A stretch of DNA of 64,000 nucleotides, from assembly GCA_002633005.1 (NCBI GenBank), contig NMRA01000013.1, positions 1,612,185-1,676,184 of the forward strand, in the 5' to 3' direction. The notes beneath the pieces were generated by a model, which did not search any database, was not told the DNA's origin, and was given only the letters and a program-made list of their open reading frames with translations. The position numbers and the translations under genes were made by a program. Shown here piece after piece: positions 35,605 to 49,121 of this stretch. The first letter of the stretch is position 1. Every line of letters starts with the position of its first letter. Source of the DNA: Phoronis australis (lineage: Eukaryota; Animalia; Phoronida).

Positions 35605-37234
35605 TTTTCACTGTTTATTTTTAACACTTCCATGCACTTTTTAGTTATTGTTTGAGATTACTTTTTATTTTATAGTTTAAGATAAGTTAGTTTTATTTTA
35701 TTTTATCTGATATTTTAGCATTACTTTATATGATTAACTGTTCTATGATGTATTCTTGTATTTATTGCCAGTTTGTCTACTATTTCCTTATATATGATTC
35801 ACAATTTGTTCTCATAGACATAATAATAGGCATGTGTCGCTTGAAATGTTGTTCACGCCCTGCTTTGTAATAGGCACATGTTCCTTTTTGTATTGTAAGG
35901 CACTTGATTTTTATGACGTATAGTTTTATTGATTTGAGCGGCAATGGTGGTCACACTTTTGATTTATTGCCCCATGAATTGTAAACAATGGCAGTTTTGG
36001 TTTTCCCAGTGCAAGTTATATGCTGTCGAGATACAGAAATAATGGCGTTACTATGAACTCAATTCATTAGTCAAGTGATTAGTTGTAATGTCATTTAATT
36101 TAGGGTTTAATAATAACACAAAAGGGAAATGAACCAGGGAAATTATTTCAATGATTCAAAAGATTGCTACCAGATAAAGACAAAGATGTTAGAATGTGTA
36201 TCCCTTACAGTTGCTGTGAAGAATTAAGTTGGGCGTGCACCCAAAATTGTACATCTTTACATGTTTCAATTGGACCTTTGGTGCCATTTAATACAAATAC
36301 ATTCTTCAGGCAGTAAAATTCAGGATTCGGTGACATTTACAAAAATATTTGATAAACTCATTACTCCAATTACCTATCTGAAATTTGCAGATAAAGGTTT
36401 TCTGATAGATAAAAAATGGGCAAGTGTCTTGTGTAGCCTTGAAGTGTACTGTGGATAGCTGATTACAGTCTGGCTGGAGACTGTAGGACATAGAAATTTA
36501 GAAATAAACTCAATGCTTTAGAAAGTAAAAGTTAATGATACTGTTAAAGTAGTGTGTGTTACCATAAACAGGTGTTGAAACACATTTTTATGATTGTTGT
36601 GTTACTGAAAAAATGGATTCTGGAAAATAACAATGTTCACTGAGATTTAAGTATAGGTCATCTGATGTGACTAATATATGGCATATGTAAAGAATAATAA
36701 TTCTTACTTATAGATATCAATGCACTGGTTTGTAACAACACAATTATATTAGTGTTAAAAAGCCAAAACACTGATCCAGAAAAACGTTTACTTACACCAA
36801 TTAAAAAAATCAAGCAACTGGGAAATACAATTAAAGACATCAATGTGAACATGACACATTGAAGGGAAATTAAATCATTGTCAAAGGGATTTCAGTCATT
36901 AATTTAAATATTAATCTATGTAAGTTTCACATTTAGGTGACTGTATTGGAAAAACTAATTCTTTGGCCCCACTTTCGTTTGCACATTTATGTAGGAGCCT
37001 AGAAATATGTTGAAATTTGAGTGACTTTGTACCATCGTATCTCAGGAATGGCTGGTCGGATTCATATGCAATTTTTAGATGCTGTGCTTTATGCATTGTT
37101 CTTCAAAATGCGGTTATGTATTGATTTTAAAATGTACCACTTGTCCAATTGAGGGACTATTAAAATAAGATTTGTGATCCTCATGAAAAACTGAAGTTGC
37201 ATGAAATGAAAATGAATGGCTACGGGAACTGAGT

Positions 37235-37332
37235 TTTTGAGATCTCATCTTGAATATTTCTCATATTTTGAGATCTCATCTTGAATATTTCCCATATTTT
37301 GAGATCTTATCTTGAATATTTCTCATATTTTG
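37235..37332. repeat. 3 x 31-bp tandem (ttttgagatctcatcttgaatatttctcata) within an old interspersed repeat family
   Basis: Visible tandem. The unit and its upstream flank resemble single-copy segments at ~21785-21860 and ~58460-58535. Confidence 0.85.
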
Positions 37333-40300
37333 TACCAGGTATCAGATGGGGGCATCTAAGGTGCTAGCCAAATGACCTTGGCCTCATTTTCAAGGTCATC
37401 ACAAGAAAAGTTGAAAAGACATGAGAACATGCACTATGTTATATTATAGCTCACTTTTGAAAGAAAATTTTCTCATCTGAAGAATTTGGGAATTGTAATT
37501 AAGTTGTCATTTTCAAACATATTGGAAACAAAGTGTTGCAAAAGTAATCATTTGGCTAATCTTTATATAAAAATCAGTACCACATAAAATTATTCTGAAA
37601 TGAAAAAATGTCCTATTAAAGAAAGGCATGTTTTTCTCAAACAAAAAACTGGAAGTAGGCATTAAGCTATGGACTTTTCAGTGTGTCTGAAAAGTGATGA
37701 AACTCGATATCTTCAATTTTTCTGTTCGGTTCTGATTCTCTATTTATACAAATTTTGCAGACAAAGAAACTTCACACAGGTGTTTCTCGGCTATTACCAA
37801 GACAATGCATTAACTTTTAACACCATGCAAGTTTTGGCTCCAAAGGGGTTCTTGCTGAGAATTGTTGTTACCTGTTGGGGCTTGCCGTTACAGTTATACA
37901 GGTATGCAGGCAGACCATGAATATTTTTTGTTGGACAAGTGTCAATTATTATCTCATTAGCATACCTGTTGATAGATATTGCTTCTACTGATGCGGGCAT
38001 ACGAGGTGTGCTGCTTGCCTGCCACACTAGGCAGGTGACAAACCCATCGGTCTTTTATGGAATTTATTGGATAATTAATTTCAATGCCGTTATTATGACC
38101 TACTGATGCATTGATAAGAATAATAAGAAATCAGGAAGTACTCAGATTTAGATACTGAAATTGGGATTTTTAAAAAATGTTTTGTATTTTAGAAATTAGA
38201 AAAGTGTGTTGGTGGAGATTTGTCACTAAACTGACGGGTATCAAAGATTTTTGAAGACTTCAATGTTATTAGTGTTATTGTTTAAGTTACTGGGCTCGAG
38301 TTTGGAGAAAGAGGTGGTTAAATTTCAAATTAAACTATTTTTTGTATGATATACAATGAAACCAGTCCTGATCTCTGATCTAGATGCAAAAAATCCTCTA
38401 TGCCATATGTCCTTGTGTTTTCTTACAATAATCACTGATCAGGTTTTCCGGGGATCCAGTTAAAGTTTTCTGCAAATATTGTTAACGAATGCAAGGGCAC
38501 TCGGCTTTGGGGATTTTTTGAACTCTGATCAAAGATCATGATTTGTTTTGATGTATAAAATTTGAAAAAAATAGTGTTAGCTGCCTTATTCTCCAAACTC
38601 TGACCCTCAGAGCAAATTGACTGCCGTGGTTTACACACTAGCGTGCCGGCAGTTTTTCTACATGGATTACCAAGCATTTTACTTGGATGACTCACTTTTG
38701 ACATAGATTACACATTTTCGCCACGCTCAAAGCGTGTAATGCGTGTAAAATTTTCACCTGGGTAAGGAGTTCTATCAGTCAAGATGCTTTAGCTTTATAT
38801 GATAAAAGATTGGTATAAATTCATGTCTGCAATGCCGTAATTCATCTGATGATAACAGGTACTTTTTTGAAACCGCTAAAATACTGAACATTCACAGTTG
38901 CATCATTTTGCTAATGAAATAAATTCAAATACAGTTTAATTGTGAATAATCGCATAACTTGAAAATTGACAATGAGTTATACGGTGGCTTTTTTATTAAA
39001 GGCAAGATATACTTAATCTTTCACTTTGATTGTCACGAATGTCCTTATTTGATTTATTGTCCTCACAAGTCACTGGTTTATTATTACCATGATCTTAGAA
39101 AATTTTGGTAGCTGCTCAGAATTATGCCTTTGTCGGTCATATATTATTGGCACACATCAGTTGTCTTGTTATGTCCTGGTTTAGAGACTAAGCTAGTGCT
39201 GTATGTTGCCGGACTCGGTCTTCTGCTACGACCCCTCTGTGAATAGCTTCCGTGTTCATGTTGTACAATTTTTGATGCACCTCACCATTAAGTCACACCA
39301 TGTGCGTTGGTGTGCATTCGATTGCTGATGCCCCGCAGGATATCTAATGCTCAAATAAATGCTATGATTCGGGTATACTTTTTGCGTGTATTTCCGAAAA
39401 TTTAGTTCTATTCCCATTTTAGAAAGGTAATTCATAGATTGATTAGTCTTTGGATAACCGCTTCTATGATTTGCCTGGCATTCTTGAATTTTCTGCAGAT
39501 TTCAGGGCCTGTGAACAATCTCTTTCTGGATTGTTCTGTAATACTGTACTGCACTCTACGATTATCTTATTACTTTTCGTAATAATAATTATTGCAATGT
39601 TACGAATTAGTATCACATACTATAAAGGGTTATTGATGAATTACTTATGGGCTAATGGATTATTAACAGTGAAAACAAGATAAGGTATTAATTTGCAATA
39701 TGTCAAAACTGTTAAATGAATGGGATATTTACATCAACAATGTAGCTTTTCAATTAAATCCTTATATGATTAATATTAATTCTATGTCGGCTAGTGTGCG
39801 GCTTGTGTTTACCTGAGGTATCTCACGCAGTACAATGACTGCGGCACATGGCCACTCTCATCTATAGGTGAATTATCACGGTATGATACCCTTTGCATCT
39901 TTACTGGTAATTGTGCAAGCATCAAGAAATCCCTGTTATTGGACAATGTGCCCTGTTCTTGTTCAACATAAGAAATGAGGGTGGTGATGTGCCTTGCTGA
40001 AATCAAGGTTAGCTGCCAACAGCCTATCCTTTTCTGGTTAACATCCAATTAAAATAGTTAAATTCTGTCCTGTAATACCGAATGGATTTTATTTTTTCTT
40101 TTTCTTATGCCCACTTCTCTTTTACTGTTAAATTAAAATAATCACCTGTTGAATTGCTCATTAATGTTATGAGCTTCATATTTTTGCAGTGATGCGTGAT
40201 GCTTCAGTGGTATCGGATTAAACAATCAGCCTGGATTGAAATATTTGTTTGAGATTGTAAAAACAGATTTTGCCTAGGATGGGGGAATTTAAGGAAAGGC

Positions 40301-41154
40301 ATGCTTAGTTGAGCATCATTTAATGAAATATGCTGTAGACGAAATTTGTGAAATTGATACCAAATGCTAGAGGCATGTTTAATAAAGAAAACTAATTGAA
40401 GTAATCACATTTTTGTCTTGGTTAATGTTTCAGTTATCTGTATTTTGTCATCAAACAAAAGATATTAATTTTGCTGTTAGTGTACTATCTTAAAAATTTT
40501 ATCAGTCTTTATTTAATACAGTTCACAATGAATTTGAACTGGAAAAGAAAACTACTTCACGATTTTTACTGAAATTTATTGACATTTAAAATGACTACAA
40601 TCCAAGATGCACACTTTTTATTTAGAGCTGTTACTATGGTTCTGAAATTTAGTTCAATTTGCTCTTTACACAGGTAAGAAGTGAGACCTGTCCAGGGCTT
40701 GTAAAGCTGACATTTCCTTATGTCTTGAGACAGGCTGACCATTTGTGATTGTCATGTCATCGTTCAAATGTAATTGAGACTGTTCCATTGAGTATTATGG
40801 TTCATCTTGTTCACAGGAACTGAACTTCAGGTTGTACCTCTTTCTATAGCAAGTGTTATGTAATCGATGCCATGCACATGGATAGTGAAAACTGCTGCCT
40901 AGTTCGTGATTTTAGTCGCTAGTCGTCGGTGCTGATGCTTTCAGATTCATCCCAGGTGGCGCCTCAGTGTGCCATTGCTTCCAGAGACACTTGACGACAG
41001 CGACACCTACAAAGATAATTTTTGCAACTGACTTGTTCACAGGAGTTAAAATAGTAATAACCTCTCACTATACTGCCAGTCACAGAGAGTTATAACCACG
41101 CTTACTGTTAAAACTTTTGAAACTGGTTTTAAAATGTTCAAATGTTCATAATAA

Positions 41155-41387
41155 AAAAATAATATTGCAGGTGGTCTAGTACACGTACCACACGTCCATA
41201 GGCTGCGCATGTGGACCCATTGCACTGATCATCTGAAACCATTTTTTGTGCTTTATATAGTTAAAACTGAGCTGAGAAGCTAGAAACCTGACTCAAGGTT
41301 CTACCAGTCACAGTGACCCAGTGGGACTCGAACCCACAACCTCAAGTAAAGAAAGCGGACCCCTATCATACTAGGCCACACTGCCTC
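41155..41387 (-). mobile_element. tRNA-derived SINE, copy 2
   Basis: Reverse strand reads gaggcagtgtggcctagt...ggttcgagtcccactggg (A and B boxes) and shares its body with 18711-18957. Confidence 0.75.
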
Positions 41388-42028
41388 TTCTAAAGTATTG
41401 GTACCTACAGTTACAAAAGTTGTTACTACTTTGGCGAGAATAGCATGGAATTATGTGTGCCAGCCTTCACTGTGAATTTATGCTGGGACATTTCTAAACC
41501 AGACTGTCGAAGATTTGAAATGAGATTAGCTTATGTTATGAAAGATATTCTCGTAAATCTGGCTATTTTGCAAAAGAAGGGGTTAAAGACTTGTTATATT
41601 TAATAGTATGTATTACAAATGATAAAAATTATGCTGTTCTATTGAATAGTTCATTAATACATTTATTTGTCCATGGTTAATATTTTCACTTTGGTTGTTG
41701 CATTCTAGCAGGGAGGCTAAATTGGGATCATGTATTGCATTTGGAGCGTATTACAAGTATTGTCAGGAGTAATATTGCAGCTGTGTTGTGTGTCCTACTG
41801 TGTTAGACAGGAATTTATTTCCAATTCTCACCAATTTGAGACAAAAATAATTACATATCTTGGTGAAATGAAATTTTGCCAAGAATGCTGCTCTGTTACG
41901 TATTTTTGTACGCATGCTACAAGTTTTTCCAATCGATATGAAATTTACACACAGCATGATCTTGTGAAAAACTCGAAGTTTATTGTTTTTTGAGCGAAAT
42001 CAAATGCAAGATGTCGCTGTTACATCTA

Positions 42029-43466
42029 TTTTTATGTGCCCACATATTTATATGTGGACGCATTATGCCGTCATCTCCGTCCGTCCGTCTGGGCGGCGTG
42101 CTCTATCTCCAAAACTCTTTGACATACGTTCATGAAATTTGGCACATATGTTCCATTCAGGACGGCATGTGCGAACTTTCGGACGGATCCAACTACCGGT
42201 GTGCCCCCTAGTGGCAATTTTAATTTTTTTTCGCTTACCTTTGTATCTTCAAAAGTCCTGAACGGATTTTCATGAAATTTGGTATGTAGGCACCTATAAG
42301 TGAGATGACGCTATCCTTCCGTTTTCAGGTGGATTCGACATAGTTTGCGTCACCTAGTGGCCATTTTTAGTGTTTTCGAGTCTGTTTTTGTGCGTCCAAC
42401 CCTCTATCAACCAAACCGCTTAAAGGATGATTGTGAAAATTGGCATGTATATGCTTACTATGTAGAGGACGGTTGATGATGATTTTCCGACGATTTCGAC
42501 TACTGTGGCGCCTCCTAGTGGCAGTTTTTTTGTGCCTATGGCTGTATCTCCTAAACCTTTCACAGGAACTTTACGAAATTGTGTAAGTGTATTAACAATG
42601 GAAGATGACAACTTTTGGACGGATCCAACTACCGGTGTGCCCCCTAGTGGCAATTTTAGTTTTTTACGCTTACCTTTGTATCTTCAAAAGTCCTGAACGG
42701 ATTTTCATGAAATTTGTTATGTATGCACCTATTAGTGGGATGACGCTATCCTCCCGTTTTCAGATGGATTCGACATAGTTTGCGCCACCTAGTGGCCATT
42801 TTTACTGTTTTCGAGTCTGTATTTTTGGCGTCCACCCCTCTATTAACCAAACCGCTCAAAGGATGATTGTGAAAATTGGCATGTGTGTTCTTACTATGAA
42901 GAGGACGGTTGACGCTGAATTTCCTATGACTTTGATTACTGTGGCGCCTCCGATTGGCAGTTTTTTTTGCGCTCATGGCTTCATCTCCCAAACCATTGCA
43001 GGATCTTTACTAAATTTAGCAAGTGTATTTATGTGATGTTGACAACGGACGATGACGACTTTAGGATGATTCTGACTTCCGGTATGCCTCTAGTGGCAAT
43101 TTTAGTATTTTACATTGACCTCTGTATTTTCATAGGTCTTCAGGTGTATACTTTGTGTTACTTCGTGACTATGAAGGAAAAGTTCCAAGTTGAAATTTGT
43201 TTCTGGCATTCTAATGCTGTGCTAATCTCGTATCTGTGGTGCTTTAAGCAACTGATGTATAGGATGTGCTTGTATTATGAAGATCACTCACATTTTGCCC
43301 CTAGCCTATTGAGGAAACAATGACCATGCCTTTCCATTTTGCAAAGTACAACATACTACATATATGCCCTCTACTGGCCACTTTATGGTACCAATAAACA
43401 ACCCTAGAAGGATACCGTATACGGTGCAATTGTGAGCGCATTTCAACGCTCTGCGTTGCTCTTGTT
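42029..43466 (+). mobile_element. HINE/DINE-like element, copy 4
   Basis: tttttatgtgcccacatatttatatgtggacgcatt 5' stem-loop; subunit array; 3' gtgagcgcatttcaacgctctgcgttgctcttgtt. Confidence 0.88.
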
Positions 43467-45423
43467 CAAAATTTTGCTTCTCTCTACAGTCCTTTGAGGG
43501 ATTCTTCTGAAATGTGGTATAGAGTAGATTTTGTCAAGTGCTTTCTGTTATGTGTCATCTGTGTCTCGCTATGACTTACCTTTTTCAAATTATCCAAGAT
43601 TTTCTGGTGTCTGTTACTTTGTTTAACCATTTTTCACTTTATGGTTGATGACCCCTATTCTAGGCTTCATTTTTTTGTACAATCGACATAATGTTGGAAA
43701 CCTCGTGCTTTTGGTTGAAATCGAATGCAGAATGGCCACTTTTTATTTTTCTATTTAACTAGCCGTAGCTCAGGCGTCCATTGATCTTTCTTAAATTTGG
43801 TATCTGAATAGATCTGGTCAAGTGCTATCTTAATCCTAGTGTGTTATCTGTTTCTGTCTTGTACTTAATACTAATCTTTAGTTATTTGAGATTTTCTGCC
43901 GACTGTTCTGTTGCAGCTTTCATGTCAATTAAACTACGGTAAAGTAGGACACAATTCTTGTCGCATTGAAAGATAAAATTTACGCAAACTGTGTGTCTTT
44001 ACCTTAATGAGCCATAATTGCTTTTAATTGAAATTGGATGTAAGGTGGTACTAATTAAGATCCATTTTTAAAATTTTTCTTTTGAGATCTACTCATGGGT
44101 GCTCACCTTTATGGATTTTTCGCTGCACTTTTTTCATTCACCTGAGCTACCGCACTAAGGCTCCTGGGAATTTCTGAAAATATGCCCACCTAAAATAGAG
44201 GCCCGGGGATGTATGTTTTGGAAATTTTATCCAAAAGTATACTCATGGGTGTATTTTCGGTAAGTGTTAGCATGTTTTAAAAATTTGATAGATTGTTTTA
44301 AAACCCATAAGTTTTGATGTAAAATTTTGTTTATTTGAATAATACGTAATGTTTTGGGAATCTCAATTTCATTCAAGTGACTTTTCATTTAACACTAAGT
44401 TATTTGGACACTTTGTTGGTAACATGCCATATTAGTACTGCATGATGAACAGTGTGTCTGCTGAATGCAAATACATAAATATGGTGTGGACAAGAGATGT
44501 ACCAGATCACACAATAAAAAGGACGCGTTTGCTTAAAAAAGCATGGCTTCGACCACGTTATGCTCACGAGGTTTTGAAGTACCTTATTCATTGCTGTTCA
44601 TATATCAACTCCTACAAACATAAATCAGTCAACTTATTTCATTGAGTTAAAATGATTTTTATCAGTACAAACCAACCATCGTTTTAAGGACTATCTACTT
44701 TTGCAGAAAAGTAGTGCTCACTTTTAGGTACTTTGAGAAAGTCTCGAGTGAATAATGAACTACGGTATAATCATTTGCTTTGAAACTGCATATCAAATTG
44801 TTTGGCAGTTTCCGAAAATATGTTCGGACATGTTTTCGGTTTCATATTCATACGTTTCTCTACACAACTCCTGATTGGACGCCCATATTTCCTTTGTTCT
44901 GTTCAACGTGGTCTCTCATTCAGCCACCTACCTCGTCATCTACAAGACCTACGTTCGTTCTCTTCATTTTTTCCCCACCCCCCATCCCGGGTGTCGGTTC
45001 CACTTTCTCTTTGCTCGTATACATTTCCTGTTAGGTTTTTTTCAAGTTTTGTTTTCATGTTCTGTACTTTTCCTTTAAGCCCTTCAGGCAGTTTTTTTTT
45101 TGTTTTGTTCCCTCTTGCAGGGCTATTCATTGTACACGCCTGTGGGCGTTTTTTGCATGCCCATCTTGCAGAGTCTTAGTTAGTTTTATCTATTACGTCA
45201 TAATAAATGACAATATTCTCAATCCTCCTCTTGTTTTACTCTGCAACATAGCTCGTGGCGTACCCCGGGCAAAATAGATTACGATAAATAATATTTTTGA
45301 AAGACTGTTTTCCAAATATCCAGTCATGGGCTTATTTTTGGAAATTCCTGGCATGTTTCTTAATCTTTTTTGTCACATTTGATTCCACTGTGTGTCACTC
45401 TGTAGAGCAACTTCATCGTTCTC

Positions 45424-46428
45424 TTTTTATACGCCCACATATTTATATGTGGTCGCATATTGTCATCATCTTAATGTCTGGGCATGTGAGCATCTGCCAC
45501 CTGCTGTATCTCCAACCCCCTCACAAGATCTTGAGGAGATTTGGCAGATGTATTTTTATGAAGCTGACGACGGATAATAACGAATTTCGGACCTCTTCGA
45601 CTACCACTGTGCCCCCTTGTGGCACTTTTAGTTTTTTACGCTTACCTCTGTAGAGGTCCTCAACGTATTTTTATAAAATTTGGCAGTTTGGCATCTATTA
45701 TTGAGATGATGTCATCTCTCCGTTTTCGGACGTATTTGAGGTTCTTTGTACCACCTATTGGCCGTTTTTACTGTTTTACTGCTAAAAATTTAGCAAGTGT
45801 ATTTATATGAACTTGACAACAAACTACGACGACTTTCGGATGGACTGAACTACCACGTGTGTCCCCCTGTGTCAATTTTATTTTTTTTAACAGTCTGTAT
45901 CTTCAAAGGTCCTCAACAGATTTTCATAAAATTTGTCAGATAGGCATCTATTAGTGAGTTGATGCTATCCTTTGGTTTTCGGTTTGATTTGTGGTATTTT
46001 GCGCCACCTATTGGCCATTGTTACTGTTTTTGAGTCTTGTTCTTTGGTGTCTGCCTCTCTGTCAACCAAACCACTCTAAGGATGGTTGTGGAAATTGGCA
46101 TGTATGTTCCTAATGTGAAGAGGAAGTCTGATTATGATTTTCCGACGGCTTCATCTACCATGGCGCCTCCTTGTGGCAGTTTTGTTTTTTTGCGCCTATT
46201 TTTAGTGGCAATTTCATTTTTTCGTTTTTCTCGGATTCTCAAAAGTTTCTTGACAAATTTTTATGAAATTTGGTAAATAGCTTTGATGACACATACCAGT
46301 TTTGGAATGGATTCGACATATTTTGCGCACTCTAGTGGCCATATTTATGTTCCAAATGAACACCCTAGAAGCACTCGGTTTGTGGGGCATTCGTGGGCGC
46401 ATTTCAGTGCTCCTCGTTGCTCTTGTTT
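45424..46428 (+). mobile_element. HINE/DINE-like element, copy 5 (more diverged)
   Basis: tttttatacgcccacatatttatatgtggtcgcat 5' end; 3' gtgggcgcatttcagtgctcctcgttgctcttgttt. Confidence 0.85.
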
Positions 46429-46644
46429 CATATTTCAAGGCTATTGTGAAAGCCCACAATTTTTCAAAATGATTGTCTGTTAAAGTTTGAGTACAAAACT
46501 TGGAACATGGAAAAGCGTTTATTTGGTGCTGCACAAAATTCCTCTTGTCCACCAAATAATGTGTCCTAAATTGGTGCAATTTTAGTGCAATTGTCAATTT
46601 TTATTTTCCATTAAGCTTTTTCTAAGTCCCTATAATCTCCCCAA

Positions 46645-47076
46645 CTTTCCAAGAATTGTACGATGACACTTGGCTTACCTCAAAATCCAACTGCTGCCTG
46701 CTGTTTTGGTAATTCGCCCTATTATGTTGCATACTCAGCAGATGGCAAAATTCTACAAAAGTTTTAGGTTGTATAAGTCACATTTCTTTTCCGATTTTCA
46801 AAGTTCAAAAACCTAACCGCATTTAGTTTTTACAAATTATTCGAATATCTTATTAAAAAGTTTCAAAACCAAAATTTAAAAATGCTATTGTCACCCCCAG
46901 TGTGTTTCTATGATGTGCCTGTTCTAGTGTTGATAACATGTGCAGCCTGAGGCAGTGTAATTAACTAATATCTTTGATTGTTTCGGCAGATTACGGGGCA
47001 TGCACACTAGTCCAGTTGGCCAATCTCAGCTCAGGTGAGGCTGTTGACATAGGATTCTTTTCATGGAGTCCCTATG
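46645..47076 (+). repeat. Unclassified ~430-bp interspersed repeat, copy 1
   Basis: Shares gatgacacttggcttac..aaatccaact, gcagcctgaggcag and taggattcttttcatgg with 48680-49121. Confidence 0.8.
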
Positions 47077-48679
47077 GAAGGAACAGGAAAGGGAAAATTG
47101 TTTTCAGTGATTAAGTGCAGAAAAACATAGAGGAGTCCCATGTTTTACCACATTTTGTGCCATTTTCTTTGACGTTAATTTTTCACTTTGTCTTGTTTTT
47201 ATTCTTTTCCCTTAATTTCTGCTCTCTTCTGAATTTTCTGCCTCCAACTTGCTGTTAATCGGTGCCATACTTCCATTTCCTGCAATTGAGGTTCTCAAAG
47301 GCAATGTCAGTTATGAATGGACCATTTTAGTGAAAATATTGCTATTGGTCAATTTGCTCAGGCAATGATCGGTCATCACAATGCCGTGCCAGCTCGGAGG
47401 AAATTCATGATGCAAATCAGAAATCAGAAATAAACCTTGATGTGACTGAAAATTGGTATGAACAACGAAAAAGTTAAAATGGATTCCCCAAGTATTCAAG
47501 CCTATACTCTTCCAGAAAAGGAAAATTTTAAAAAAAATTTTTCCTTTTCTGGAAAAATGTAAGCATGCATTGTCACCGCCATGCTTCCAACAATTTAAGA
47601 ACCAAGATAGCAGTGCCTTCAAACATTATTTTGAATTGCTCCAACAAAAAGTGGAGTCTCAGCGAACAAAATACATTGCCAATGTTTTGATTCTACCTAA
47701 CTGTCCAATACACATCAGTTTCTCTTTCTGTGATTGTTATTTTGACTTCCTACGGACCAGAAATTTTGACCCAACTAATTTCTTCCTGGAAGTTTTGAAG
47801 CAAGGGAATGCTAGAGGATGGTACAATGTGCCCTGTTGTGGAACTTTGTTGTTGAACAATTATCCTACCATCATTATTTCTGTATGCATATCCAGGGGAA
47901 AGCCTTGCGTTTGGATGAAGCACAGTTTGGTGGCTAATTGATAATTACACAGTGGTTTGATGCTGCTTGTGCGGTGTCAGTTTGCAAGTTCATTGTCTAC
48001 ATTTGAACTCCCGCATACAATCTGGAAAGGGCAAAAATCAGTCTCCAGTTACTTTTGTATTTGCCAAACAAATTATATCTTCATAACATTGTTCCTGAGG
48101 GTCCCTTCCCCTTATTTATAATATTAGTGAAGTATCTTTTTGGTTTTTATTTTATAACCTGTTCCCGAGGCCAAATGTGACCTTTTAAAGCGAATCTTGT
48201 TCACAATTGGGAAAAGAAACCAGCTGTATAGATCACGAACAAGACTGAGATTGTCGAGGGAATTAGCTGATAAATAATGAAATCTAGTGTTATCAGTTGG
48301 GTAGTTTTTGAAAATTGTATTTTAAGTAATCCTCATCACCGACCGTTGTCAGCATTGCTGTTCTCGAATGCCTTCGACATATTTTCACTATCAACATTCA
48401 CTCCCCATTAATTCTTGCCAAGTGCAATGAGGGTTGAAATAGTTGGTGCAATGTGCTCTTGATAGGCTGTCCATTACAAAAACCTGCTGTTTGGTTTCAT
48501 CTCCAGAAACTAGTAACCAAATCGAGTCTGAATCAAAGTATCAATCTAGTCCATTGTGAAGCGGACTGATGCAGTGTTTTGTACGATATCACGACAGGCA
48601 GACCAATTATCTACCTCGGTTCAACGAATTACGGAAACCAACTGAATAACTTTCATCAGGGAATTGAAACTTATTGTAG

Positions 48680-49121
48680 GTGCGAAGAACTGTATGATGA
48701 CACTTGGCTTACTTCGAAATCCAACTTTGTTGGTGGTTTGGTAATTGGCCCAGTTGTGTTGCACACCCAACAAAATTAATGAAAAACACAATATGGCACG
48801 TTTTAGGTTGTAAAAGTCACATTTCTTGTCCGATTTTTAAAATTCAAGAACTCAATCATTTTATTTTTTACGATCTGTTCAAATGTTTTATTTAAAAACT
48901 TTTAAATTTTTGAAAATACCATTGCTGCCCCAGTGTATTCATTATGGGTATAATTATCTAAGGAACGATAAAACAGCAGCCTGAGGCAGGGTGACGTAAT
49001 TGCCTACAACTGCATGGTGTCTTTGATCTTTGCAGCAGATTCTGCGGTACGCAAACTGGCCAACCGCAGTTGCCCAATCTCGACCAGTGAGGGTGTCTGA
49101 ACGTAGGATTCTTTTCATGGT
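48680..49121 (+). repeat. Same unclassified family, copy 2
   Basis: Collinear similarity to 46645-47076. Confidence 0.8.
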
